Position numbers and translations under genes: made by a program. A stretch of 64,000 nt of DNA, from assembly GCA_964270895.1 (NCBI GenBank), contig OZ185440.1. One strand, given 5' to 3'. How positions within the stretch are numbered: the first letter of the stretch is position 1; the number at the start of each line of letters is the position of its first letter. The DNA is from Podarcis filfolensis. Taxonomy: Eukaryota. The notes below the pieces were generated by a model, which did no database searches, had not been told where the DNA came from, and saw only the letters and a program-made list of their open reading frames with translations. Positions 12,530-26,187 of this stretch are shown piece by piece.

Positions 12530-12642
12530 GTGAAGACTTGGAAAGGAATGATGGATCTACAGCAAAACCCTACTACATGTCAGCTAGTCTACACCGAATT
12601 TTGGGGAAGAAGGAACTGAGTCCTAAGAAGTTAATGGGATAA
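12530..12642 (+). CDS. SLC44A5: SLC44A5 proximal alternative terminal exon
   Basis: ttcag acceptor; T|GT completes Cys; (C)[36 protein letters not shown] then TAA at 12640-12642. Confidence 0.94.
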
Positions 12643-14086
12643 TGTTGTTTTTTTGGTTTTTTTAATGTGAAAATGGCAACAGTGTCCGTTTTAAGATAAA
12701 ATAAGCAGGATCCATATTATTTAGGCTAAAGAATTTTTTTTTAAGTATAAATGATGCTTGTGGTTAATGAATGATTTGTGTTTGCTTTGTACTATCTAAA
12801 AATGAGCAAATGGGCAACATTTAAAACCATTATTTAACAGCTGTGAAACAAGGCCACATCATAGTTTTTATAGAGTGCCTATGGAAAAGTGTAAATGTGA
12901 AGCTTTTTTAATATTTAGCTCTTAGTGTTTAATAACTTTTCTAACTCAAGATTTTGCTGTTTGAAATGACAGCCATTTTGATAAAATTTTTATAGGTGTA
13001 TATTTGTAAAGGATATTCAGGCAATTTTTGAAAGCACTACAGTGATTCCTAATTAGCCATAAACAGATCAAGACTAGTAACCAGCAGGTGGTCCTAAATT
13101 TGTAATTATGGTGCTATGGCTGTATTTTTACTGTACATGCTGGTTGACAGCAACTTAAACTGTGATTAAATTGTATTGATGGTTCCCTATGACGAAGAGC
13201 AAATTGCTATGTCAGTCTCCCCCACTACAGATGTCACATGCAAGGAGGGGGGGGAGAGATAGATTAGCATCATACTGAGTCATCTCCAAGAATGCAATGA
13301 AAAGATTGTTTGAATTGCCTAGAATGAGAGTCATATTATTAAGGATAAACTGTTTTAAAAGGGTCTTGTGCCAGAGATAACATTTTAGGGATAAAATCTA
13401 GGCCAAGCAATAGCCTTTTCCATCTGATGCAATATTAAATCTGTGGTGTAATTTTTTAAAAAAATAATTAGTGGCACTGCTTAAGTGTGCCATGGTTTCG
13501 TCCTGTGTTGTGTAAAGATTTAGCTCTATTGGAAATACAGTAGGCCCACAGCTTACATGAGGGTTGTGTTATACATAGTCAAAACCCATTAAGTTCAATG
13601 ATGGGTGGGATTGCCAAAGTATTTTTGCCATGGAACTCAATCCGCTCTTCCCCTTTTAGGTTTTTTAAAAACTTCTTTTTACCGTTCACGTAAAGCTGAA
13701 TGCACACAAGTTAAATGTGCGTAAGTTGCATCCTTACCCTAATCAGAGAATGAAATCCAACTTGGTAATGTGTTTTCCCCTGTGGAGAAAGCCCTCCTGG
13801 ACTAGCTAAAAGCCCCAATTGAAGGTTTTGGGTTTTGTGGGGGTTTTTTTGCTTTGCAGCCATCTCGACTGCTGCTAAGTGGACAGAGAAATAGAATGAA
13901 ATAAGTGTGGCTTAAGTTGCTTTGAGCCCCTCTATTTATATGAACATCCAATTATTTTTCATATGAGGGAAGAAATATGTGTTATGCTAATGAGCATCCT
14001 GGCCAATCACTGATTAAAGCAAGAACTACACCTGAGTGTCGTTTGAGAAAACACCAGTGATTGAACATCAGCTCAGTATTCCACAT

Positions 14087-14092
14087 AATAAA
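14087..14092 (+). terminator. Candidate poly(A) signal for the proximal SLC44A5 terminal exon
   Basis: First AATAAA I found after the TAA at 12642; ATTAAA variants occur earlier, so usage is uncertain. Confidence 0.3.
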
Positions 14093-16609
14093 GTACAGTT
14101 TCGTAATATTGAAAGTGCAGAAACATTGTAGCTCCCATCAGCTGTGGAAGGCAAGTGACCATATTGCTCCATAGACACCAGTGGGAAAGTACTAATTGTG
14201 CAAAGATGAGAAACAGATATTAGGTCAAATCTGTGTTGTTATATGTGCTTATTGGTGTAAACTGAGTGAAGAAACTAAACCTCAGAAAATTGAGAGGCTT
14301 CATCATGTTTATAGCCTTCGGTTAAGGACTTACTTTAAGGTAACTTCCTTTATTTACCCCTAAACTATATAATAATTGCAGGATTCGGCTGAATTACAAT
14401 CATGTAATTTCTGCTTTTCTGCTTGTTTTGTTCCAGGGTCATGAGAGGCTTCTGAAATTAGTGTAGCATGTTGTGTTGGTTTTTTAAAAAATACAATATT
14501 ATTTTGTGCTCTCTAACCCCCTTCAACATAATAGCCCTCCATCATTAAGGCAGGAATGACTGGCTATATTTATGGAGAGCATTCAATGAAAATTCATGCA
14601 CACAATGACTAGTTATTTGTGGAACAGTGGCCTGTTTCTTCTGCAAGTAATTGAGCATGTCTTGAGCTGACAATCTTAAAACTGGAGTTTTCCCAAATTC
14701 ACTCAGGTGAACAGTTTGAACTCCACATAGCCATTTCATTTCAGTGACAGACAGGTGTCAACCACCACTCCTTGGCTTATTACAGTGAATCTTGTTACTA
14801 AAAGACAAACCCGTCAATGTTTAATATGGCCTGAAGACATTTATTTAACCCCCCCTGTAATTTTACCTGCAAGCAAAGACTTGTTTCAAGGTGAATATAT
14901 TTTGGATTAGGATGCTTAAATCCTAGATGACTAGACAACTGGAATACATTCGATTAATTTACTATGCACTCAGTTATGTGCACACTTTCCAAGGCATGTG
15001 ATCTATTTTCATTCCAGACGAATATAGGCATGGGGTTAGATCCAGGGGGAAGTCAGATAAAGGGTGATGGTAGTAGAAACTGGCTTTCCCGCCCACTCCT
15101 CAACCAAGGAACTCCACCCATCCTCCTAAAAGCCTCTCAAGTGTCAGTGGACCCTGCTGAATGGTGTGGTCTATAAGGAGAAACAGGGACTCCTTGAAAG
15201 CCATTTCACAAGCAAAGCGTCCACCTGTGGGATGTGCCTCAACTTGATTTTCAGAGATCTCCTCCATGCTGCAGCCCACCCCATTCACCAGGGTCTTCCT
15301 TTAGGAATGATGGAGGAGGAGGAGCCAGAAAGGTCAGCTTCTGCCAGCCCCCGTTCTGCAGGCTGGTCCAACTAATAATATGTACTGTAGTTCCTAAGTC
15401 TCAGATGCAATAGGAAGCAGGAAACAGGTATATTCTTGAATTATTGATCATTTGCATACTATCAATGTCATCCATTACTGGATGACCAAAATATAATGTC
15501 CCAAATACTGCTATAAGTTAATAAGCAATTGGTTATTGATAGCAACTGGAGGTCCTGGAAGCAAATGTGTGTTGCCATCAAAAGATGTTGTATCGAGACA
15601 CTTGGGAAGCCCTGAGATCAGCATCTCTGTGCAAATTGGGGATGAGCATGAATCTGCATTGGCAGACGGCTGCTTATGCAAAAAACATCAATTGTGCTAA
15701 ATCAGGCCAATAGTGTACTTACTCTGGTCTTACTGCTTTTGAAATTAATACACTAATTCCAATTGATCTCAATCAATTAGGCAAGACACTAGCCTGATTT
15801 TCAGGTTTGACATACCAGGATATATTTCAGTGTCAGTATGCCTAAAGTTGTGTCCAAGATCTTAAGATGCAACCCAAGTTACAGCTTTAATCTGGAAGCT
15901 TTGTAAACTGCACCTCCACATATGTTTAGGATATGTGTCCGAAGTGTCAAATGTTTTTGAGGGGAACATCCTAGAGCCATTTTATCAATTAAGCAACTAA
16001 GAAAACTGTGAAAATGCAAAGCAATAGCACTGAAATTTGGCATTCATGCATTCATCTGAAATATCTGCTAAATTGTTGCAAAGAGAAAACTTGGTATACA
16101 AAATTCCTGAATATCTTTCTCGGAAATGAATGTGCAAACTAGGGAATAATTTATTTTTTGAAAGATAAATACTTTTGAACTTGATTGATGTGTTTCTTAA
16201 TCCTTGGGCCAAATCCTGCTGTTTATTATAATGTCAGTTTTATGCATAACGTGCTTTAACATAAAAGCTAAAGCTTGATTAAAATGCACTTCCTCGCTTT
16301 TGAGTATTGGGCAAATCATTTCGAGGTGAGATGATTAAATTTTTAAAAAGGCTTTGATCCTGCACCCATTCATGTCAAAGGAAGGCAAATGTCTCATTGA
16401 CTGAACTGGTGCAGCATCTGGCCGACGCAATGAAAAAGGGCTGATTACGTTATTGCACCAGCGTTTAGAGCATAGTAAACGCCAAACCATCCAGTATAGA
16501 AAATACACTGAGGATTTTGCTGTTGTGCACGAAAAAGGTCAGCAGGTGGCAGAATTGCTTTTGTATTACATTGGTTTGATTGTTTGCTCTTTGACATTCT
16601 TCCTCCTAG

Positions 16610-16716
16610 TGGAAGATTTAGAAAGTCATGATGGCTCTGCTGAAAGACCTTATTACATGAGTAAATCTCTGCTGAAGATTCTGAACAAGCAGAACATGCA
16701 AACCAAGAGACAATAG
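16610..16716 (+). CDS. SLC44A5: SLC44A5 distal alternative terminal exon
   Basis: ttcttcctcctag acceptor; T|TG completes Leu; (L)EDLESHDGSAERPYYMSKSLLKILNKQNMQTKRQ then TAG; same phase as, and clearly paralogous to, the proximal exon. Confidence 0.88.
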
Positions 16717-19335
16717 GAAATGCCCAGTGTCCTAAACCACGCAATCATGTTTCGTTTGATGCATTGTTTCTTCGATACGGTATTGATTGTCAGCTATCAT
16801 TTGCGCATGTTTTATACCAAAGCTATTGTAGATGTGAAGCCATCAAAAGTTTGTAATGGCATTGTGTGTGTGTGTGTGGTTTGTTTGTTTGTTTTTAAAT
16901 CCAACAACAAAAACCATGGGAGCATTTTTTTATACTGAGATTTTTAAAATTATTTTTATTCTCTCCCCCCCGCCCCCATTTTGCCTTTAATTCTTGTGGC
17001 TTGGGTATTTGAAATGAAAGATTGTTAAAATGTCTGGCTGCTTTTTCTGTTTTGTTTTTTTAAAAAAGAAAATATGTGAAAATATGTTTTACTGTTGCGG
17101 ATTTTGCTCTGAGCGAGTGAAGAGATTTCTTAAAAAGTGAAAAGGTCCTTTTCCATTTAGGTGGTCATGGAATACGTTGCTGTCTCTTGATTGCATTTAG
17201 AGCCTTGCCAGTCTCCTAGCCTGTACAGCTGTGTGCTCTATGACAAAGTGCCTTACTGGCTAATAATATTAACTAGCTTATGTTTTGAAGTTTACAAGCG
17301 CCAATTGAAACACAGAGCTACTAACTGCTTGACGAAATAAACAAAACTGTCTTTCAGCTTACTTGAAATGTATTGATACGAATCTGTTCCTTTGCCCCTG
17401 TGTGAAATATTTGCAGTATCTACATTTTCCTACTATCATCTCCCCCCCCCCCAAAAAAAAAACAGCAGAGAGTGGTATTTTTTAGAGAATTGCTTAGGGA
17501 CATTTGGGTTTCTAATGCTTAGCTTTATCTGTGTCGAATGTATGCTGCAAGAAACCTTTAAGCAAGGCCTAGCTTACAGAACTCTTTTTAGAGGAACTAT
17601 CCGTGTATATGTTTGGTGCATGGGACCCTGGTGCACTGGTTCCATGCATCCATTCCTCATACTCAGCCTGTGCTAACCTTCAGCTTCGACAGGTGATGTG
17701 GTCCCCATGTAGGAAACATATGCAAAATTTTGAACTATGTGATACCCCCTCCCCCAGAACTTCCCACTCTCCCAGTTTAAAGATGTTTGAGAATAGGGTT
17801 GCCAACTGTCCTTTGTACCTGTGCCTTTTTAACAGCAGCCTGGCTGTGGCTTGTTGGAATGATCAGATGATAATTTCTCTCTCTCCATACTGTTAAATGC
17901 TTCAGCTGTTAATTCCTGCATATTGAGCTGCTGTTAAAAACACAACTCCAGAGATTACCTGAAAAGCTGCCAAACTGATGCAGAGCAACCCTAAGTACCT
18001 GATGTAGGTTTACATATTCCTGGAGTTAATGGGGAATTATTATTATTTTTCTTCTTGCTGGCCTTGTGTTTTCAGAATATTTCTTTTCTGATTCTAGTGG
18101 TGGTGAAATAACCACTCTGCAGTTTCTACAATTAACATTATGCTGTCAGTGGTGTAAGTCCTGACAGAGCTGCTTCTTAAGCAGATGTGGTATGTATGTC
18201 CCTTTGGGCATGGAAATGTCTTTCCCCCCCTCACAATAATAGCTACAGTTAATAACAACTGTAGCATATAAGCCCTCCTAACATAAGATAACAGTGGCAT
18301 GCCAACCATAGCTATGGTGCAAAAAGTGCTTGTGTATCTTAGGCCCAAGGGGAGAGAGTAGACAACTTAGGGAGTAAATATTGAAATTCTTTGTCCAAAT
18401 TAGTCACTTCTGTAACACCCTTAACACTAAAGGAGGGGAGAAAGCTTTCAGGACTGCAGCTTCACAACACCCCAGTCTTAAATGCATTTGCTTGTCTGTA
18501 AGTTCCATTGATTTCAAGTAAGTGTGTCTACAATTGGAGAGTTTAAATACTGGACCAGATATAAAATTGGCTTTATCAAAGTAAGAGAAATGGGACCAGG
18601 GTTTAATTTTTAGAGCTTTTCTTACAGGGACTCGCACCTTCATAGAAGGTGGTTAGCTAGTCAGGGCTGTACCACACACCTGTGTCAATTCTTTAAAGAA
18701 CTACACCCCTACTATTTAAATTAGAAGAAATGGGAATGAAAAGATGCATACTACACTTGTGTAAAGTGTTTATTGCTTTGTTGACTAGTGTGAAATGGAT
18801 GCTTTGTTTTTAGACTCTTGCTAAGATGTTATTTTATAAAACGACTCTTAATTTTATAACTTTTGATACTGAATTATTGCTTCCCTTGTAAAATGTTGGT
18901 AATTTGCACTTCACAGTATTAAAACTTAAGAACATAATGGCTTCTTCAGTTTTTGAAATGTATGGCTAATGGTACTAATATTGATCATTCATGCAGTCTG
19001 TTTGTTTGTAAAAAAAAAAAAGGGCCTATCAGCATCAGAAATATGTATTCATAAATTGCATGGTGGCCAATGAAAGACCTTGTTGTCAGTTTCCCCTGTG
19101 ATCACATTTCTACTTTAAATGTGATTTTAGAGACTGTCTGTTCTTCTCCCTTTTTTGTTTTTTGTGCCCGAACCAAATTAACATGAGCACACGGCCACCT
19201 GAGCTCTAAAATCTTTTTGCTTCTGCTGTGCAGAAATATTAGGGACATATTGTTGAAAATATCTTTTCAGAACTAAAATGTTTAATATTTAACACAATTT
19301 GTTGTTCCTTATTGTTTTACAGCTCTTGAGGTTCT

Positions 19336-19341
19336 AATAAA
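19336..19341 (+). terminator. Candidate poly(A) signal for the distal SLC44A5 terminal exon
   Basis: AATAAA followed by a U/GU-rich tract (tttctgtttttgttccttctt); another AATAAA at 17336-17341. Confidence 0.45.
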
Positions 19342-19391
19342 GATTTAGATAAAGAAAAAGCACCTTTCTGTTTTTGTTCCTTCTTAGGTGG

Positions 19392-19570
19392 CGAAGAGTC
19401 ATAGCTTAGTAGTAGAGCAGGCAAAAGTAGTAGATTGCCAGGTTCAATCCCTGACATCTTTAGGGAGAGAACCCTGACTCAAAAGTGTAGAAAGCCGCTG
19501 CCAGTCAGCATAGACGATCCTGAACTACATGGACCAATGACCTGACTCTGTATAAGGCAGCTTCCTCTGT
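19392..19570 (+). mobile_element. tRNA-derived squamate SINE (Squam3-like), degenerate
   Basis: A-box-like catagcttagtagtag, B-box ggttcaatcc, tail gccgctgccagtcag...ctgactctgtataaggcagcttcct; homologous to the copies at 26188 and 26665. Confidence 0.75.
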
Positions 19571-22500
19571 TTTTGTGTACCATAATTTTGAAAGGGTTCT
19601 CATTGTGTTACTGTTGTGCATAACCCCATTCTCATCACTTCACTGAAGCACAGAAGGATAGATTTTGATATTCATGTACTCAAAAGTATACGCAAGTATT
19701 AGGGCAAAACATTCCTAATTTCACATATACATTAATGCAGTCCAAACTAGCAGTGAATATCCAAGAACAAAACCTTGCGGTGATAGTGGATAGCTCAGTG
19801 AAAATGTCAGCCAGGTAAGCAGCAGCTGTGAAAAGGGTAGGATAGGCAGGGTTTTTCTTATGCTGTGGATAATTTAAAAATAAAACAGGCTTATGCCAAT
19901 GTTAACAAACTTGAAGTCTCCTTGCCATTTTCCCTATTTCCCCTCACCTCAAAATTTGCTTTTATAGAGGAAAGGGGCCCATAAGGAGTGACTTGCACAC
20001 AGTAACTAAAATATTTTAACACTTAGCTGAGCTTCAAATCTTCCTCTAGTCACGCAAACAACTTGAGGAGTGGCGGATTCACTGTCAATTGAGCAACACA
20101 ATCTGTTAGATAATATGTGCTCTGCATTAGGCTGTGGCCAGAGAGATTATAGGTGTAATTAGATACTTCTGCACAATTATTTCTAACTGTAATGGCAGCC
20201 TCACATAGACCACACTGAGGTACCTTGAGGTTACCAACACATGGGCTACAGTGCTCAGTGAACCCAATAGAACTGATAAAATGCACTCCTAGCCACAGAG
20301 GACTCTTGGGAATCTAGTGACAAGGATGTATCTATATGTCTTCAGGGGCCAGGCAAAAGCTTTGCAGTGTAACCAAGTCTTTGGCCTTTTTTAGAAGTGG
20401 GTGGGATGTTTTCAAAACAACTACGTGGGATCTAATGTCTATTTTGTTTGGTAATAAGTTGCTTTGGGTTACCTTGACCAAGATAAAGCAACTGACAAAT
20501 TTAATAAATAAAATAAATTTCAATCAGCAGTGATGCAAAGCTTGTTCAAATGTAGCAACCCCTTCCACCTTTTCCTTCAACCCCAACCCATTCTGTATTG
20601 CAACATCGGACCTCAGCACTGCATAATTCAGTGTTAATTATAGTTCTGAAAAAAGACACTGAAATTACTAGAAAGTGATCCAAGGATCATCCTAAGGAAA
20701 GTAATGGGCCTTGTTTACACTGGAGAGTTGCGGGATATTTCTGTTTTGAAAACATTTTTTAAAATAAAAAAATTAACAGAAATGTATAATAGAGATTTAG
20801 ATGTTGTTAAGACCTGTTCATATTCAAGCAGGAAGAAAGTAGATGGTGCTGAGATTCTTTCATATTCCATGATCTTTACTCAGAAACAGATAAAAGAAAT
20901 AGTATTAAAGAACTATCACATGCATTGCTATTTGCTTGGAAATTCTTAACTAGGTGTACTTTTTTTGAAAGTAGAGAAATCATTTCTTTATCCTGCAACA
21001 CACCTGGAAAACTTCAGAACACTGTAATAATTATTAACATATAATTGAACAACAATATATAATCCATCACCGCTAAATTCATCATCTCAGACTAAGGCAA
21101 AGAATGCATTTGTAATCTAAAAGTAAAAGGGTTGCTGAAAGTCCAAGACCTTTCATGTTCACTCCGTATGCACAGAGTTATTTTTAATTAAATCTGGATT
21201 TCTTAAACTACTCCAGCATTTTCTTGCGTCACATGCTACCTCTGAGAATGGACTGCAGTTATTGATTATTGTGTCTCTGCTCAGTTGCGAGACATAACTT
21301 ATTGCAAACCTGCTTTCTTTCTCCTCTTTAAGGCATGCTCATAAACGGACACTCTGTGATTGATGTGTTTTATGTAGCTCATAGTTTTCTTAACTTTCAA
21401 ATTACATTTAAATCTACAGTTGGCTGGATGCCATAGAAATCTTAATCCATCTCCAGATGAATTTTAAAACCAGGGCTCATTCTCTCTCTTATTCTGTGTC
21501 TGCATCATAGATGTCATGGTCTCTAAACTTGGTGTCATGTTCCTCCTGCAGTTGGTTCTCCTGTTTTTAAGCATAGGTCAAGCTGAATTATTCGCTCTCC
21601 CCCACAGGTGGGTGGGGTGAGGAATATTACTCCAAGCAGAAGTCTGTATCCCTTGAGGAAAGGGCAACAACTGAGATATGGAAGGAAGACGGGAATAGTA
21701 TCTGTGAGGATATACATGCACTAGTAGCAATTTTTCTGCACACAGGAAAAATACATTGGGCATATTTGAAGGGGATGAGTCTGGGACAGCAAAGGGATGT
21801 CATAATTTTTTAGCAAGTTAGAAGAGTTGATAATACCAGGAAGATCTAAGCAGGGGGTGTCAATACATTGTGGGTTCTTTCCTCGCCCCTCCCTCCACCG
21901 AAATTAGGCTTGAAAGAAGCACCCTGCGGTAGCCAACAGAAGAGATTGAGGGGGGCGGTTGCCCACAACTGCTTCTCTCATGTGAAAATAAATCAAAAAA
22001 GTTTGACAATGCCTAAAGAGAAAGACCAAAGGGAAGTCTAGGCAACAGCATGCCCAGTTCAAGGGAGCAGAAATATACTCTGTTCAGTCTTGAGATAGGT
22101 TAGTTGCAGAAACAGTTCCTTCACTATTAGGTAGTATCATATCAAATGGAAATAAATTAGACCAGCGCACACTGACACAAACAAAACTGGGTCTGGCAAT
22201 TCCTATTCTAAGAGAACAAGGGAGGTGTTCATGGTGAGTTCCGGCACCTCTTTCTCAAGAAAAATAGCACAGTGCCTTCCTATTCTCAAAAGCCCTGACC
22301 ACTGGACACACTAGCAGGGGCTGATGGGAGTTGAATTGCAACCGTGTCTGGAAGACCAGTCTCCCCCCTCCCTGCAGTACAAGTTGCTTATGGCTCCAAC
22401 TCAGCTTGTTTTCCCTGAGTGCAACCCTTTTGTCTTTTGTTCAATAGCTGGGCAAAAGGAAACGCAGCCTGTCACACCCGGGAATTTTTCACTAGTAAAT

Positions 22501-25500
22501 CACTATTAAAAGAGACACATACAGCACATTCTCTTTTTGCCTTGCCATGAACTCCACCACGTGCCACTTGTACATTCATTGCTGGTTTATTGTAGAAAAC
22601 GGCTCTGTAAATGCATGTTTCCCCCAGAGCTGACAGATGTGTTGCTTTCAGGGGATGTAAGGAGAGGAAAGGGAAGGATTGTTTTCTTCCCTGGGCCACA
22701 ATGTTTCTGGTTGCCATCATCTGCTACACGTCTGACCAAATCAATTTCCTCCCTCAGTTCAATTTTCATGTCATCCTATCCGAAGGTCTCGTTTCTGTTG
22801 GTTTGGCTGGGATGGGAGAGTGATCTATTTTCATTTTGCTGCCTGAAACTCTTTTTTGTTCTTTGTGTGATTATTGTTATGATTGAAAGAAAGGGGAGGA
22901 GGGAACGACCACTGGAATGGAAAGGCAGCATCAGGAAAGCTCTCTTGCTCACTAGAGGCTCCCAGAGGTCATGGAATACCTTTGGGATGGCACCTCTTAC
23001 TGGAAACCAAGGAGGTATCACCCACCAACCTCCACGACAGACTCAGCCTGTGAACTGATAGGCAGATTCTTTGGTCAGGCTCTTAAACCTTGACCAAGTT
23101 GGGCTTCCCAATTTTATTTTTCTTTCATTCCCACCCCCACCCCCTTTCCCTGTCCTTCAGACATATTCCCTTCAGAATCAGACAGACAGGTAAGCTGCCT
23201 GGGACAGGGGCATAGGAATCCTTCTGTCACTGGGGATTTTCCCGCTCTTTTTTTCTGAAGCCAATAGGATAGCAGGATCAGAATGTTCCTCATTAGGGAG
23301 TTTCTTCTGTCCCCAAAGCCCTGAAGAGGTCCAGGGGAGACCACAGCTGCTGCTGCTACTGCTGCTGCTGTTGTTACCTCAGGAGTTCATGAGGATTTTT
23401 AAAGGTTTTTCTTAGGGGCTGAGCCTGTAATTTTTATATAAGCGAGCATTTCCAAAGGCATCAGCAGTTATCCTGAATTAGTGCTTCTAAACATCAACAG
23501 TTTTTAAGAATTATTACAAGAAATAAAATTACCTCATGAATCTGAGGAGTTTTAAGTATTCCCTTAAAGGATGGCTCTGTAGCTACCACAGTAGATACAA
23601 CTATAAGATTAGTTCATCCCTTCTCAAATCTCATGAAGCTTCTGCCTTAACTGGCTGTGCCTCATTTTATCTGTGTTTTCACTTCATGACCTAAGGAACT
23701 CCTAGAAAACGCACATCAGTAGGGCTTTGTTCTCCATTCAGTTTATGTAACCTAACTAAGGCTTGCACTTGATGATGGATGCAAACTTATTCTGTGCTTT
23801 CCCCCCTGCCTTTATTTTAGCAATTCAGTAAATAAATGTTGAATTTATTTTTTTTAGTATATATGACAAAAGGATGCTTCTTTTTCTATTATCTAATGAA
23901 AAGAAATATAATTTTAATTTCCTAAAATTTATATACTACTTGATTGTAGAAAAAACCCTCAAAGTAGTTTGCAAAAAAAGCTAAAACAATAAAATTATCA
24001 CTAAAAAATTACAACCATAAAGCATACAAAAATTCAAAACCACTATAGAATTTACTAAAACAAATTAGAACTCATTAAGATTTTCTAAACATCTGGGTAA
24101 GCCTCTAACCCTTCTAATAGTCTCTTTTTAAAAAGCAGCTCAAATGTAAGGAGCGCAAGGGAGCACAGGTGCTACAGGGATGGCAATATCCCTTCCACAA
24201 AAGTCTGAATTTTTTTTTACCTTACTAGAGAAGCTTATGCCACAGATAACTGGCTGATTTCAAGGCATTCAGGAAAGTCATTGTCCACACTTGTTGGTAA
24301 ACTTGTTTTTCCTTGGATCTCAAACTACTGAGCAGGTATCTCTCTTAACTGAAGATTTAGATTGTGAATCTCCCCAGGGAACATTCACTTTACTTTCTTA
24401 GTTTTCTTGAAAGCAAACACATGGAAAGCATCAAGACGACAGTGGAGGCTCTTTTGGCAAGAGAAATCTGTAGCTTTTGTGGATCTCATGTACATGTATA
24501 CTAATAATTTTTCCCAACTTCAGAAGCTGTGCCGAGAACTCAGATGGCTTTCTGGGGGGCAATTGCCATGAACAAAAGCCCCTTCCACCCCAGAGGGTTT
24601 TCTAACAAAGCTGATTGCCTATGTATCAACTCACCTGCATCTGTGGTTGATTCACAGCAATTTCTATTTACCTAACCATTACAAGTGGTTTTAATTTCAA
24701 CTGGAGCTCAAGAGTTTCCAAGTGACCCTACAACGTATTATGTGTGGGTTTTTCATTAAAGGTGTGGAATATTTTTCAGGTTCCATGCTGCTTTTTCCAA
24801 GAACAACGAAGGACTTCACATGGGATCTTATACAACTACAATGTTATGAGAAGACAACGTAACTATCCTCTGTGCCATTTCATTTACTTTGATTCTAAAA
24901 TTCACCAGAGTGCATTTTAGATATGGGCAGTGGGCATTTCCTTCATCTGGAGGAAAGTCTGTTTGTGTCTTCAGCCACCTTCAAGGTGACCGTGTATTTC
25001 TCCAGATTTTGGTAGGATTCAGGGTCCAGTGGGCTATCCTTAACAGGAGCCTTTTGAACTGATAGCTTAGAGGCTCGACAGTTGGGATACTCCAAGTGTA
25101 CAGGCCCTGCCCACCTGTCAATTCTGGCCCACAAGTCAGATCCTGATAAGGATTTAGCTGTTGTGGCAAAATGATTCCCCATCCCTGCTCCAGATAGACA
25201 GGTATACATACACCACTTCTATGAAAAGTTAGCTGCAGCAGCACGATATGATGATAATTGGAATATCCACTAGACCAAGGACAAGTTTACAGTCGGGAAT
25301 TCTTTAGCCAGGCTCCTAAGCTTTTTAACAGATGAAAAATAGTGCAATGCTTCTTGGCAACTTGATTTCGGAAAATATTTTGATGTGCTGAAGTCAGAAA
25401 CACAATTTTTCTCAAGATACATAATATAAGTAACCCAATCCTTACATTGTAAGTATTGTGACAAACCTTACAATAAGGAACAGGGCTTATGCTAGCACTG

Positions 25501-26187
25501 GAGTCTACGGACGGACCCCTGAGCATATTAATAACAAAGTTGTATTCAGCTGCGATAAAATTACATTGACTCTGCTTAGAGATTGAAAAGTCCTATGGAG
25601 AACATAATTTAAAATTGCAAACATAGAATGCACAAGTTCAGTATGCACTATTGGAATCGGGAATTCACATGTCCTTGAAGTCATAATCTTGAACTTTTTT
25701 AATATAGATGTACATTTTCAATAACAAAGATAGAACGAAGAGAAACAGATGGACTAGTCCAATATATTGTCAGCAGGGATGGTCACTGACATAACAAACG
25801 TTTCTGGAAATATAAAGTTGAATATTACTAGTATTAGTTGTTTTGTTTTGTTTTTTAAACCTACACTGGAGCCCAATAAATAAGCGTAATAAAAAAGGAA
25901 TCTCTCTTAAGCCCTTAAAGTTTTATTTCTCAGGTGTCTTAATTATGCAATATGCTGAGTTTTCCAGTGTCTGAAGTGCATGGACAAGGTCACAGTCTTT
26001 CATGGCTATATTTTGTTGAGCTTTTAATATTCACATAAGTCCTGAAAGGAGATTGGGGAATGAAAACTTAGAATTTCAGAAAGAAAATGTGGGGATTCTG
26101 TACATGATAAAAGACTATGGCATGCTGGGCCTTTGATCTGATTGCACATGTCTCTTCTTACACTCTGAGAAACAAGGCAGGAGAGAG

